A stretch of 64,000 nucleotides of DNA from Eledone cirrhosa (Eukaryota). Location: NCBI GenBank assembly GCA_964016885.1, contig OZ024741.1:269266001-269330000 (forward strand), given 5' to 3'. The position numbers were made by a program, and so were the translations under genes. Positions 13,127 through 27,752 of the stretch are shown here, piece after piece (position 1 is the first letter of the stretch; every line of letters starts with the position of its first letter). Under the pieces are notes generated by a model. The model saw nothing but the letters and a program-made list of their open reading frames with translations, was not told the DNA's origin and searched no databases.

Positions 13127-14576
13127 CCCGACAACCAATGTTCACATTGAAAGATCATAAGGAGGACTTTGCAAGTAGCCCCTCTGTCAGGCTCATTAGC
13201 CCCTCTAAATCTGACATAGGGATTATAAGTAAAAAAATACTAGATGAAGTCATACCGAAAGTTAAGGACAGGATTAGCCTGGACCTATGGGGAAACACTG
13301 CAGAAGTGATAAAGTGGTTCTCAAGCATTAGCAACCACAAATCACTACGCTTCATCCAGTTCGATATAGACTCCTACTATACGTCTATATCCCCCATACT
13401 ACTGAATAACGCGCTTATAATGGCAATGCGGACGGGCGAACTCACTAGATCCCAGATTGACATAGTCCTTGCCGCTCGTAAAACAATTATCACATTTGAG
13501 GATGAATTGTGGACGCGCAAGAACACTCGTAATAACTTCGACATCACTATGGGGTCTAGTGACTCAGCACAGGTGACAGACCTCGTCGGATTGTACTTGC
13601 TCAAGGAGCTCAACGAGCAGTTCCCACACCTCAGAGGTGGGCTATACCGTGACGACGCATTGCTTACTGTGGAGTTTAAACGACACAACCTAGAAAGAAC
13701 TAGAAAGGACTTATATAAATTCTTCAAGAACTTTAGCCTATCAATAACTATGGATAGAAATAGTAAGGTAGTCAACTTTCTAGATGCCACACTAGACCTA
13801 GATAAGTTAGAATATGTACCGTACCAAATCTTTTTTTCTCTTTAGTAGATAGGAACTTCCCCCCAGGTAGTAGGTACGGTAGTGTCATCAATAAGAATAC
13901 TATCAAACTATCGTACTCGACAACCCCTAATCTGGCCTCACACCTAGCTAAGACCAACAAGAGTAAGATTAAAGAGGGACTTAAGGCCATCCGAAATAGT
14001 GAACCATGCCAGTACACACGACAACACGGGACCAACCCACTGAGTGAAAGACCCAGGGGGATAACAGGCAATAGAACCGGTCCCACTAGGCAGTCCCGCG
14101 GCCGCTTGGATGCACCCCTGATTGAGGAGCATGACCCTATTAGAAAGTGTAATTGCAGACGGAAGGACAAATGCCCACTAGCTGGACACTGCCTTATTAG
14201 GAACGTAGCATATGCTTGTAACGTAACCACAGACACGTATACTAAGACGTATGTGGGGTCAACCGCTAACCAGTTCAAGACGAGATTAAACGTCCACCAG
14301 CATAGCTTCCGATATGAGAAGCTTAAAAATACCACGTCGTTAGCGGGGCACATACACAACTTAAAACAAACAAAAAACCCCTACACACTAAGCTGGATAT
14401 GCCTTACTAAAGCTCCTCCATATAGCTCGTTGAGCAGGTTTTGTAGCCTGTGCCTAACTGAATCTCATGCCATAGTATTCTTAGGACTCAACTTGCTCAA
14501 CAGGAGGTCAGAAATCTTCTCGTCCTGCCCCCATACTATACTTAGCTCTTTCTTTTTCTTCAGACCAGACACCTAG
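13127..14576 (+). pseudogene. PLE reverse transcriptase and GIY-YIG endonuclease, disrupted
   Basis: [64 protein letters not shown]; CNC..CPLAGHCL, VAYAC..YVGST, CSLCLTE. Confidence 0.9.
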
Positions 14577-15911
14577 CCCTGACGCCACCCTGTCTCGCAC
14601 ATGGCTGCCCCGCTGGCGAATAGGGTGCTCTTGAGTAACCCCGGCCGCATTGATACCTCGGCTCCCCGATTGCCGATGGGGACTCTGGTGAGGAACAGTC
14701 GACCCTGTGTCCCACTTGCCAACTTGGGATTGGTGGCAGCATTGTTGCTGGGCGCCCTGCGGGCAGCTGATGCCTGCGGTGTGGGACATTGCGAATGCCT
14801 GTACCCACGTTGACTAATCTGGGGAGGTGCCGTCGGAGATGTATATCAACAAATTCGGGAACTTGCCCAAAGAAACAGTAGCAGAACACCCAATATGGCG
14901 GCCGCTCCCTGCCTATAACCAATCAACGCCCCCCCCCCTAGTAAACCCCCGCCCAAATAGATGCCCCTCCCCATTCTCCCCCATTCATTTCTTTTGAGTT
15001 AGTTCTTCTTTATTATTAGTGGGTTTTTTTTAGTTAGTTCTTTATTAATAGGGATTTTTTTGTATATTACCACGATTGACATAATGGGCTTGGAGAGTTG
15101 ACTCCCTTGATGTCTGACCACTCGATAGGTTAGGGGTTGTGGCCCTTGAGCAGGGGTGTGTCTAGCTGGTCTACCTGCTGTCTGCTACTACCCGAGACTG
15201 GACACGGTCGTAGCCACAGGCCAGCGCGTGCGCGATAGCATGGAATATATATTTTCTGCTAGTCACCCCGTGTAATATGATACCCAAAGATTCCATGCAC
15301 GAGATTCACCGAAGCATGCGCAGTCTTCACCGGGAGATGACATGCGGACTTGAAAATACCACAAGAGAGACCCATTGGATAGCGTAGACGCCGGACCATA
15401 CCCGCAAATATATACCCTGAATATGCATGGCTGACGGAATATGGATAACACGACCACCATCTAAGCTAGAACCGACCCCTACAACAAACAAAGAGGGGAC
15501 AGCCCTTCGCATTTGACCAGTCGCGTGTGTGCTTGGAGTTCGTGAGAGGAGGAGATATTAGCGAGAGACGCAATATACCACCCCAATCAAATCCATACTG
15601 GATTTTTTACCAATATATCATGTACACCAGTACATCCTATGCAGCGAGACCTTGGATTTAGAACCGGCAGGCTGATCTATCGCAAACGCGTGCAATCCCC
15701 GAAACTAAAAGATCGAACGGACCACACCCAGGAACCACTAGCTATTTGATCCACAGGTACAGTTCCCAGAGATTCCACACAGCTGATAGTGAATCCCAGT
15801 TGATTCGTGAACTCTGAACTTTTAAACAAGACCAACTGTGCCTGGAGCTATGCAGATGACTACATGCGCACAATGGATATCGCACCCACAAGGTCACCTG
15901 TATTGTTCATC

Positions 15912-16165
15912 TTGCTGTATGTGTGTAAAGTATCCGAGCGTGGGATATTCCTGAGTACATTTTCTTGACTCTTAATTGTTTATTGATTGTTTGTTAATTA
16001 GGCAGGAATATACCATTATGTCTTTGTTAATCCTATGTGTTGCTGTATGTGTGTAAAGTATCCGAGCGCGGGATATCCCTGAGCTAATTTTGCTTGACTG
16101 TTAATTGTTTATTGATTGTTTGTTAATTAGGCAGGAATATATTATTATGTCTTTGTTAATCCTAT
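15912..16165. repeat. ~128-bp tandem duplication in PLE-B 3' region
   Basis: ttgctgtatgtgtgtaaagtatccgagcg...ttgttaatcctat occurs twice. Confidence 0.9.
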
Positions 16166-17075
16166 ATTAATAATTTTATAATAATTTTTTGTTAGTACAT
16201 TATTAGATTACTGAAGCTACCTTATACCTTCTTAAAAATACATTTTATAATTATTGTCTTTTTGCTTATGTATTTTCTTACTTATCATTTTCTTTAATCT
16301 TGCCCAACTTGATAAGCTCTTTGAATTGCTCCTTAATTAGATTACTTAAATTACTTTATCTATTATACCTAAGTTGTATCTGTTGAAGCAGCCCTTTGAA
16401 AATTCCTCGTATCTCCCAAATCCCGTAATTTTTAACTTTTAATTTATAATTTTCCTCAATTCGTTTATATATATCTTTAAAGGCTCTCTAAAATTTTAAT
16501 TCTTTGAAGGGTCTCTCGGAAGATGTTCTTATTAAAAATATTAAAGGGGCCTTTTCTGAGGGATTTTTTGAAGGCTTTTTGAATTAACCTTTAATTGATT
16601 AGTTTCTTTCAACTTAGTAGGGATTATCAAAACTTCGTAAATTTTTTTTTTTTTCGAAGGAATTTTTTAGGAAACTTTATATTTTTTTAGGAAACTTTAT
16701 ATTTTTATTTTTTTATTTTTTTAGTCTCTTAATCTCTTCTGGCTTGTTAGGTTTATTGGGGCTTATAAGCTTTATGCACTTATTGAGGGATTTTTTAAGG
16801 TGCTTCTACGAGATCCCAAGTCTTTTACTTTTAATGCGTAAATTATAAATTCTCTAATTTTTAACCTTCAATCCCTGACTCTTAGGCCCTCTTCAAATTC
16901 TCTTAACTCCCCATAACCCATCCCTTTTAAAACTCCGACAACTAATATAAAAGAGCCCCCTTAGAATATAGACCCCAAATATACAAGCGGAGCTGTTGAT
17001 GTATACCACAATTTCAAACTGCTAATCTTGAGTGAAACGTTGATGTAAATAATGAACTTACAATCACCTGTTATA

Positions 17076-17122
17076 TGCCTTGAAAAGTCCCACCATATGA
17101 TCGGACGAAACGGCTGTCGCCA
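17076..17122 (+). ncRNA. Type I hammerhead ribozyme, U3-A8 core variant
   Basis: TGCC-TTGAAAA-GTCC..GGAC-GAAA-CGGCTG-TC-GCCA, overlapping a downstream AATAAA; one mismatch in stem I. Confidence 0.65.
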
Positions 17123-17338
17123 ATAAACTTGTTATAATGTCATAATAGTTCCTTTGTTCTTTTTCATTAATATTTCTGCTCTGCTTATACGCATAGAGCT
17201 TAACTAGCTACCGTCGCATATTTGGTAGGTCAGGCGTGATCATCGCGATTCACATACGACCTACCATACATCTTGCTGTATATATATATATGTACATATA
17301 TATATATGTATATATATATATATGTATATATATATATG

Positions 17339-17389
<51 letters not shown>

Positions 17390-17599
17390 TTCGTTTCTGA
17401 ATTTGTTTAGCAAGATTCTTTATCTGAAATCGTGTGTTGAAACCGATATTGTTATACTTTAGGAGGGTCATGTTGCCAATAAGAAACACACGCACCATTT
17501 GCTTTCACTTCAATTTATTATAATAAATTTATAAATTTAGGAATTTATAAATTTCTGGTTGGTTGGTTGGTTCCACAACCAGATAGTTGTTTATATATT

Positions 17600-17642
17600 G
17601 TCAAAGTTCTTTCGTCACACATTCTCTGACCTCTTCAGTGAC
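17600..17642 (-). ncRNA. Minimal type I hammerhead ribozyme (PLE-C)
   Basis: Minus strand: GTCA-CTGAAGA-gGTCA gagaatgtg TGAC-GAAA-GAAC-TT-TGAC. Confidence 0.8.
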
Positions 17643-19234
17643 TGGGGATTCTTTTCTTTGTTTTTGTGCCTCTCCTTTGTTCTGTCCTACGCCATTTTGT
17701 TTCTGTGTGTGTGTTGTGTGCTCAGTCTGCGCATGCGCCACATCCGGGTGTCTGTGTGTGTTTATATATGTTTATTTATTTGTTTATTTACATGTTACCG
17801 GTTGGTTGTTTGTTCTATGTGTGTGTGTGTTTTCATTTTGTACTTAATTGTAAGTTGTGATGTTGCTGTTCCACTCATATTTTCTATTTAATTTTGGTTG
17901 TAATTCTTTTATGTTTATTGCCTCTGTGATTTGTCTAAACATTGCGTCTTTTCTGTGTGTAGATTCTATTTTTATTTCTATGTTCTCTAATTTACCCTTA
18001 TGTTCTATTTTAGCATTTTGGTAGAGTACAGATGATTCTTCAGTACATCTTATGCTATACACTACATTTCTAGTTTTACAGTTAATATGGGGGCTTATTT
18101 TACAGGTTATACATTTCTTATCTATACAGGGGGTCTTTGGAAAGGGTATGTCTTGCTAATAAGTGATTTTACGGAGGTACCTGGTCTTTCTACTATCTTA
18201 ATATTGAGTTTAAGTTTATCTAGGGTCCTTCTAAATTTGTAAGCTAATTCACCTCTAGGGGTTGAATTAGAGATACACATGCAACACTTCATCCACCGTA
18301 TGCAGTTCTCTGGTTACAATCAGAGAGATAGAATCAGAGTGTATAGAGGAGCCAGAACCAAATGGGAAAAAATGGTAAATAATGACACCAATGGGACCTG
18401 CCCCTTGTATAGGAGCAAATTTTGGAATAGAATAGAAAGAACTAGGAATAAGGCTAATAGAATAAACTCATGATATGATAGCAATAAATACCAGAGTGTA
18501 ATGTTCATCGATACAACCCCTAGAGGTGAATTAGCTTACAAATTTAGAAGGACCCTAGATAAACTTAAACTCAATATTAAGATAGTAGAAAGACCAGGTA
18601 CCTCCGTAAAACACTTATTAGCAAGACATACCCTTTCCAAAGACCCCCCTGTATACATAAGAAATGTATAACCTGTAAAATAAGCCCCCATATTAACTGT
18701 AAAACTAGAAATGTAGTGTATAGCATGAGATGTACTGAAGGACGATGTAGAGACAAAAATATAGTGTACATAGGTGAGACAGCCCGTAGTGTAGGGGAAC
18801 GGATAAATGAACACTGGCGAAACCTTCAAGATAGTAAAGAATCATATGTACTCCACCAACATGCTAAAATAGAACATAAGGGTAAATTAGAGAACATAGA
18901 AATAAAAATAGAATCTACACACAGAAAAGACGCAATGTTTAGACAAATCACAGAGGCAATAAACATAAAAGAATTACAACCAAAATTAAATAGAAAATAT
19001 GAGTGGAACAGCAACATCACAACTTACAATTAAGGACAAAATGAAAACACACACACATATAGAACAAACAACCAACCGGTAACATGTAAATAAACAAATA
19101 AATAAACAAATATAAACACACACAGACACCCGGATGTAGCGCATGCGCAGACTGAGCACACAACACACACACAGAAACAAAATGGCGTAGGACAGAATAA
19201 AGGAGAGGCACAAAAACAAAGAAAAGAATCCACA

Positions 19235-19277
19235 GTCAATGAAGAGGTCAGAGAATGTGTGACGAAAGAACTTTGAC
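19235..19277 (+). ncRNA. Hammerhead copy with C3>A change (probably inactive)
   Basis: GTCA-ATGAAGA-gGTCA..TGAC-GAAA-GAAC-TT-TGAC. Confidence 0.65.
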
Positions 19278-19428
19278 AATATATAAACAACTATCTGGTT
19301 GTGGAACCAACCAACCAACCAGAGATTTATAAATTCCTAAATATATAAATTTATTATAATAAATTGAAGTGAAGCTCATGGTGCGTGTGTTTCTTATTGG
19401 CAACATGACCCTCCCAAAGTATAACAAT

Positions 19429-20928
<1,500 letters not shown>

Positions 20929-21476
20929 GGGTCGTTGGCGACTAAACTGGCAACCCCACCAAGGTTTCTTGGTGAGGAGGGTGACTTTGGACATCCTGCA
21001 GGACTAAAAACAAAACCTGTCAAAGGGCAAAGGAGCTCTTAAGAGTCAATGGCCATCCAAAATCACTGGGAGAGATGACCCCTTAGCCTTTGTCAAGGCA
21101 GAATTCTAGGAGAGGGAAAACTCTGATATAACACCTGCAACCCTGATGGTATCCAATGATGTTGACTTGTTCTTCTTTTTGGTAAATATCATCTTGGTTA
21201 AGAGAGTGGGACTGGCTTTGTGCAGTGCCTTTGCTCACTATAAAAGCTTCACGGCACAGGCATTGCTTTATATCTGGAGATCTCTCTGCACTTGTCGTCG
21301 CATGGTACCAAGGGCCCAGCACTATGTGTCAATAATTGTCACAGGTGTAGTGTTTGTACCAGAGTTTTCAAGTCGCTGGCTGGACTAAAAAGTCACACTC
21401 GTTCAGCGCATCGGTAGGGGTTCTCCTACATGGATATAAAGTAGTGGCCGTACTCGAAAACGAGTTGGCAGCCACC
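20929..21476 (+). mobile_element. Short non-autonomous retroelement, probably RTE-derived, retaining a C-terminal C2H2 finger; copy 1
   Basis: Three copies with a shared sequence; 21337-21417 reads [26 protein letters not shown]; 3' end ctcgaaaacgagttggcagccacc then (TA)n. Confidence 0.7.
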
Positions 21477-21477
21477 A

Positions 21478-21513
<36 letters not shown>

Positions 21514-21638
21514 TGTATGTATATATGTATGTATATATGTATGTATATATGTATGTATATATGTATATGTATATGTATGTATATATATATATGTATGTAT
21601 GTATATGTGTATGTATATATGTATGTATATATATATAT

Positions 21639-22091
21639 GGCCATCCAAAATCACCGGGAGAGATGACCCCTTAGCCTTTGTCAAGGCAGAATTCTAGGAG
21701 GAGGAAAACTCTGATATAACACCTGCAAACCTGATGGTATCCAATGATGTTGACTTGTTCTTCTTTTTGGTAAATATCATCTTGGTTAAGAGAGTGGGAC
21801 TGGCTTTGTGCAGTGCCTTTGCTCACTATAAAAGCTTCACGGCACAGGCATTGCTTTATATCTGGAGATCTCTCTGCACTTGTCCTCACATGGGCCCAGC
21901 ACTATGTGTCAATGGTTGTCCTACCATGGGCCCAGCACTATGTGTCAATGGTTGTCACAGGTGTAGTGTTTGTACCAGAGGTTTCAAGTCGCTGGCTGGA
22001 CTAAAAAGTCCACTCGTTCAGCGCTTCGGTAGGGGTTATCCTACATGGATGTAAAGTAGTGGCCGTACTCGAAAACGAGTTGGCAGCCACC
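21639..22091 (+). mobile_element. Copy 2 of the 20929 element, 5'-truncated, with internal ~36-bp duplication
   Basis: Matches 21051-21476; catgggcccagcactatgtgtcaatggttgtc is repeated. Confidence 0.8.
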
Positions 22092-22155
22092 ATATATATA
22101 TGTATATATATATATGTATATATATGTATATATATATATGTATATATATATATAC

Positions 22156-22332
22156 GTTATTCCGGGTTGAATCGGAGGTAACCACAGTAAGTAAGGTACT
22201 CAATACATAGCAGAGTATAACAGTTTTAATATAGATGAGATTCTAAAGGACTAGAACTGTTTCATTCATTAGAAATCATTCTAATGAATGAAACAGTTCT
22301 AGTCCTGTAGAATCTCATCTATATTAAAACTG
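22156..22332. mobile_element. Fold-back PLE-like 3'-end fragment in (TA)n
   Basis: Inverted arms ~22220-22275 and ~22278-22332; the left arm carries an extra ~60-nt tail. Confidence 0.7.
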
Positions 22333-22538
22333 TATATATATATATGTATATATATGTATATATATATATGTATATATATATATGTATATATATATATGTA
22401 TATATATATATGTATATATATATATGTATATATATATGTATATATATATATGTATATATATATGTATATATATATATGTATATATATATATGTATATATA
22501 TATATGTATATATATATATGTATATATATATGTATATA

Positions 22539-22575
<37 letters not shown>

Positions 22576-22965
22576 ATATATATATATGTGTATATATATA
22601 TGTATACATATATGTATATATATATACATGTATATATATATATGTATATATATATACATATACATATATATATATATATATATATATCCATATACATATA
22701 CATATATATATATATATTATGAAGAGAGAAGAAACATTTAGATATAATTAGTAATAAAATGTATCATACCTAAACTGCTCCTAAATTCCTCGACTACGTA
22801 GTTTCGTGGCATAAACAAAAACAATATATCATAAAGACATAGAGTCCTTGCGAGGTCTGAGCTCTGTTTCTCGACCGTTATATCGCGTGACTATCTCCCC
22901 CTCCGCCTTTTGGGATTCTTTCTCACGTCGTGTAGACGCGTTCTTGAGACTAGTAAAATGAGGTA

Positions 22966-23055
22966 TCCTCTTGATAAGTCGGCAGACCTCGCAAGGACTC
23001 TATGTCTTTATGATATATTGTTTTTGTTTATGCCACGAAACTACGTAGTCGAGGA
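22966..23055 (+). ncRNA. Type I hammerhead ribozyme, U3-A8 variant with long stem II, copy 1
   Basis: TCCTC-TTGATAA-GTcGGCA...TGCCAC-GAAA-CTACGTAG-TC-GAGGA. Confidence 0.82.
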
Positions 23056-23560
23056 ATTTAGGAGCAGTTTAGGTATGATACATTTTATTACTAATTATAT
23101 CTAAATGTTTCTTCTCTCTTCATAATGTATTTTTAACTCTGATACTGGTTCAGTCTAGTTCAACTGAATTGGTCTGTCCCAGTCATTCATTGAGCAACAT
23201 CGGTGAAGTTGGCACCCTTAACTCACAGTTGGGTGCGGATGCATTCATGTATATATGTGTGTGTCTGCATGTATCTGTGTGTTTCTAATTATATTGTTAA
23301 TAACTCCCTCTGGTCGAGCAATCTTTGAAGTATGGGGACAGCTGGAAGGCTTCCATTACTCATACTTGTCGCCTTCTTCACCACCTCTTCTGCGGCCTCG
23401 ATATAAATACCCCCTCCGCCTCCGTGGTATTTTCTTCGAGGTTATAAGAGGCTTAGCTCTGTTTCTCGACCGTTATATCGCGTGACTATCTCCCCCTCCG
23501 CCTTTTGGGATTCTTTCTCACGTCGTGTAGACGCGTTCTTGAGACTAGTAAAATGAGGTA

Positions 23561-23650
23561 TCCTCTTGATAAGTCGGCAGACCTCGCAAGGACTCTATGT
23601 CTTTATGATATATTGTTTTTGTTTATGCCACGAAACTACGTAGTCGAGGA
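23561..23650 (+). ncRNA. Type I hammerhead ribozyme, U3-A8 variant, copy 2
   Basis: Identical to 22966-23055, 595 nt downstream. Confidence 0.82.
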
Positions 23651-23892
23651 ATTTAGGAGCAGTTTAGGTATGATACATTTTATTACTAATTATATCTAAA
23701 TGTTTCTTCTCTCTTCATAATGTATTTTTAACTCTGATACTGGTTCAGTCTAGTTCAACTGAATTGGTCTGTCCCAGTCATTCATTGAGCAACATCGGTG
23801 AAGTTGGCACCCTTAACTCACAGTTGGGTGCGGATGCATTCATGTATATATGTGTGTGTCCGCATGTATCTGTGTGTTTCTAATTATATTGT

Positions 23893-23932
<40 letters not shown>

Positions 23933-23971
23933 CATATACACATATATATATATATATATATATCCATATAC

Positions 23972-24050
<79 letters not shown>

Positions 24051-24112
24051 CACATATATATATGTATATACACATATATATATATGTATATACACATATA
24101 TATATATATATG

Positions 24113-24300
<188 letters not shown>

Positions 24301-24315
24301 CATATATATATATAC

Positions 24316-24359
<44 letters not shown>

Positions 24360-24364
<5 letters not shown>

Positions 24365-27300
24365 CATCATCATCATCAACGTTTAACGTCCGTGTTCCAC
24401 GCTTGCATGGGTTTGGACGGGGGTAGTCCCACTTGAGGCAAGAGTGATTGTCTTGCTCGCATAGGACTGTCTGGCAGGTTTTCTACAGTTGGATGCCCTT
24501 CCTAACACCAACCACATTTACAGTGTGGGTCTGGGAGGTTTTTACCGTGTTGCCTACACGGCCACATTACAGCGTGGACTGTGTGTTTACGATCTCATTT
24601 GTTTCGGCCTCGATGGCGCGGCACCAACATAACTTTACATAGAACGGGGTGGTGTGGATCGGGTGGGGGTGGTGGTGGTGGGACGGGGTGTATTTTGTTA
24701 GAGATGCCTACTGGCTGGAGTAGGTTTTACTATATATTTAGGTAAGGCGGGTCTTCTCTGTTACTGAGTACCGCCAAAGGTCTCGGTCCAGTGACATTGT
24801 CTTGGAGAGGTGTAAGTGTGTGATGTCGGAGTTTATCAGCTCGTCCCAGGTTTTTCTAGGTCTGCCTATTCCGTGACTACCGTCTATCTTTATTGCCCTG
24901 CACTTTGTTATACAGCTATCGACTTTCATGCGCATTACGTGTCCATACCAACGTAGCCTTCTCTCGAGTAAACAACATCTGATCCCTCTTATCTCTAATT
25001 TTTTCCTTAGTTCGTTTATGCTTTGCCGTTCACGTATATTACTGTTACACATCCAGCGGAGCATGCAAGCTTCGTTCCTCTCTAGTCTGCGTATATCCTC
25101 TGCACACAATGCCCAGGTCTCACTGCCATGCAGCATTGCTGTTCGTATGCAGGCATCGTACAACCTGCCTTTCATTTTTAGTGAGAACCCTTTAGCAGCT
25201 AATAGTGGTATAAGCTCTCTGAACTTTTTCCAACCAGTTCTGACTCTAGCTACAGTACTTTCAGAGCACCCTCCCCCACTGCTGATTTTATCGCCCAGGT
25301 AACGGAAGCTGTCCACTATTTCTATAGAACCCTCTGCGCAATTGAAAGAGCTAGTAGTTTGTGGGCACTTGCTGCTACTTATTGCACCAGAGCACCGGCC
25401 ACATGTAAAATCTATGTTCTTAGTTAGCTTACCTGTGATCCCACTACATCTTTTATGCACCCATACTTTGCATTTAGGACATAAAATGGAGTTTCTACCT
25501 ACGCCTTTCCTACACACCGAGCACGACCATTTCCCAGAAGGGACCGCCGCCTTGTTTTCTTTCCTACAAACTAGTACTTTGGTCTTAGCCAGGTTAATTT
25601 TAAGTCCTTTTGACTCTAGGCCGTGCTTCCATGTTTGGAATTTCTTCTCTAGCTCGGCCATTGATTCCGCTATGAGTGTCAGGTCGTCTGCGTATAGGAG
25701 TTCCCATGGGCAGCCTGTCTTGAACTCCTCTGTTATAGCCTGAAGGGCAATAATAAATAGTAGTGGACTGAGAACAGAGCCCTGATGGACGCCAACTTTT
25801 ACGCTAAACTCTTCACTATATTCGTTGTTAATTCTAACCTTGCTGACTGTTTCTTTATACATGGCTTGTATAGCCCTCACAAGCCATTCGTCAACGCCTA
25901 GTTTTCTAAGAGCCCACCAGATAATGGAGCGGGGGACTCTGTCGAAGGCTTTCTCCAAGTCGACAAAAGCTAAGTAGAGGGGTTTACCTTTAGCTAGGTA
26001 CTTCTCCTGTAGTTGTCGTACTATGAAAAGAGCGTCTGTGGTACTTTTGCCTGACACAAACCCGAACTGCATTTCATCTAGGTCAATTCTCTCTCTGATT
26101 AGTTGCGCTATTACTCTTTCCGTGACCTTCATGACCTGGTTGATTAATTTAATGCCTCTATAGTTACTCCTATCTAGGGCGTCTCCTTTACCCTTATAAC
26201 AGTTAACGATGATGCTGCTATGCCAGTCCTTCGGAACAACCCCATTCTGTACGACTTGGTTAACTATGCGGGTGACCATGGTGTGTCCCACCGTGCCAGA
26301 TGCCTTCAGCATCTCAGCAACTATTTCCGAAGGCCCAGCCGCCTTACCAGTCTTCATATCCTTGATTGCCTTACTTATTATACTCCCCTCGACTAACACT
26401 GCTGGTCCCTCTATTGGGTCGATATGGGGGAGACTGCCTTTCTCCCAATTATTCTCCTCATTTAGAAGCCTTTCATAGTGACACTTCCAAGCTACCTTCT
26501 TATCAGCGTCGGTGATGGCAAGTGTGCCATCGTCGTTTAGTACACACTTCTCCCCGACAATATCACGGTTTTCCTTGACGCATTGCCTAGCAATCCTGAA
26601 CACCTCACGTTTTTGGTCATCGCGTTGTAGAACATGCTTGAACTTTCTTTCCTCAGCTTCCCTTCTTGCTAAGTACACTTGTCTCCTAGCTTCCCTCCTG
26701 GCCACTTGATAGTCCTCTCTACTTCCCCCATCCCGCCATACTTTCCAAGCCTGCTTTTTGGCCTTAATTGACCCCTCCACCTTACTGTTCCACCACCATG
26801 TTACTCTCCTCCTGCCTACAGGCCTGCTCCAGCCACAGACCTCGTCTGTCGCCAACAGCAGGTTTGCTTTCAGAAATTCCCACTCTCCCTCTATATTGTC
26901 CGACTCTAAATGTTCTTCCTTACTGTCGAAAGCATCAAGTAATATGCTTTGAAATTTATTCCTGGCTGTGGGGTCCTTTAGCTTCCATATTTTCCTCCTG
27001 AGGATAGTCCTCTTCTGTTGTCGAGTACGTCTCGTCCTGACTATGAGGTCGCTAATTATCAGTCTATGTTGGGAGGTGCATTCTTCATGGGGGAGGGATT
27101 TAGTGTTAACAACAGACACTCTGTCACGTCTTCTGGTAAGGATATAATCTACCTGGCTTGTGTGTTCCCCGGATCTATAGGTGATCAGGTGATTGTCACG
27201 TTTTTTGAAGTTAGTGTTACAGATAGTTAGGTTATTTGCATCACAGAATTCCAGGATTCTGGCGCCTTCCTCATTTCTAGTACCAAACCCATAGCCTCCA

Positions 27301-27538
27301 TGGATTTCGTCGTAGCCGTCACAATGTTGTCCAACGTGACCATTTAGGTCGCCTGCGATAATTATATAGTCACTGTCGGATATTTGGGAGGTAGTTAGCA
27401 TCAGTGTCTCATAGAATCTGTCTTTTATAGTGCCGGCAGTCCGGATTGGGGTGCGTACGCAGATATTACTGTCACCGTAGTTCTATTGAGGACAAGTCGT
27501 ATTTTAATTATTCTGTCGTTCACTCTATTTACGTCTAT
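24360..27538 (-). mobile_element. 5'-truncated RTE-clade LINE with 3' UTR and (TGA)n tail, inserted in (TA)n
   Basis: 887-aa open frame; (CAT)n on + at 24359-24377; TA flanks. Confidence 0.93.
24738..27401 (-). CDS. RTE ORF2: C-terminal half of APE endonuclease, RT and a PHD-like Cys/His finger
   Basis: [89 protein letters not shown]. Confidence 0.95.
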   Translation of the reverse strand: MLTTSQISDSDYIIIAGDLNGHVGQHCDGYDEIHGGYGFGTRNEEGARILEFCDANNLTICNTNFKKRDNHLITYRSGEHTSQVDYILTRRRDRVSVVNTKSLPHEECTSQHRLIISDLIVRTRRTRQQKRTILRRKIWKLKDPTARNKFQSILLDAFDSKEEHLESDNIEGEWEFLKANLLLATDEVCGWSRPVGRRRVTWWWNSKVEGSIKAKKQAWKVWRDGGSREDYQVARREARRQVYLARREAEERKFKHVLQRDDQKREVFRIARQCVKENRDIVGEKCVLNDDGTLAITDADKKVAWKCHYERLLNEENNWEKGSLPHIDPIEGPAVLVEGSIISKAIKDMKTGKAAGPSEIVAEMLKASGTVGHTMVTRIVNQVVQNGVVPKDWHSSIIVNCYKGKGDALDRSNYRGIKLINQVMKVTERVIAQLIRERIDLDEMQFGFVSGKSTTDALFIVRQLQEKYLAKGKPLYLAFVDLEKAFDRVPRSIIWWALRKLGVDEWLVRAIQAMYKETVSKVRINNEYSEEFSVKVGVHQGSVLSPLLFIIALQAITEEFKTGCPWELLYADDLTLIAESMAELEKKFQTWKHGLESKGLKINLAKTKVLVCRKENKAAVPSGKWSCSVCRKGVGRNSILCPKCKVWVHKRCSGITGKLTKNIDFTCGRCSGAISSSKCPQTTSSFNCAEGSIEIVDSFRYLGDKISSGGGCSESTVARVRTGWKKFRELIPLLAAKGFSLKMKGRLYDACIRTAMLHGSETWALCAEDIRRLERNEACMLRWMCNSNIRERQSINELRKKLEIRGIRCCLLERRLRWYGHVMRMKVDSCITKCRAIKIDGSHGIGRPRKTWDELINSDITHLHLSKTMSLDRDLWRYSVTEKTRLT

Positions 27539-27583
27539 ACATATATATATATATATATATATATATTCACTCTATTTACGTCT

Positions 27584-27649
<66 letters not shown>

Positions 27650-27650
27650 G

Positions 27651-27703
<53 letters not shown>

Positions 27704-27752
27704 ATGTATATATATATATGTATATATATATGTATATATATATATATATATA

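Larger units (their letters stand above)
13127..17278 (+). mobile_element. 5'-truncated, internally deleted PLE (PLE-B) with ~2.7-kb 3' region ending in an HHR
   Basis: RT and GIY-YIG remnants at 13127-14576; HHR at 17076-17122; (TA)n on both sides. Confidence 0.8.
17390..19428. mobile_element. Inverted pair of PLE-C 3' fragments (minus arm 17390-18268, plus arm ~18270-19428)
   Basis: Arms are reverse complements; the plus arm encodes IVYIGETARSVGERINEH...EAINIKELQPKLN and matches 63295-64000. Confidence 0.92.
22716..23893 (+). mobile_element. Non-coding 595-bp tandem unit with HHR (retrozyme-like or non-autonomous PLE) plus inverted 5' piece
   Basis: 22860-23299 is nearly identical to 23455-23893; 22716-22859 is the reverse complement of 22983-23126. 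Confidence 0.88.

Noticed and set aside
14560-15900. Short ORFs in the GC-rich region downstream of PLE-B
   Set aside because: No recognisable domains; treated as 3' non-coding sequence
22270-22310. Complete hammerhead at the centre of the 22156-22332 palindrome
   Set aside because: Only atga-ttc taat gaa-t-GAAA-cag..tc is visible; the 5' core and stem I strand are missing, so at most a half motif
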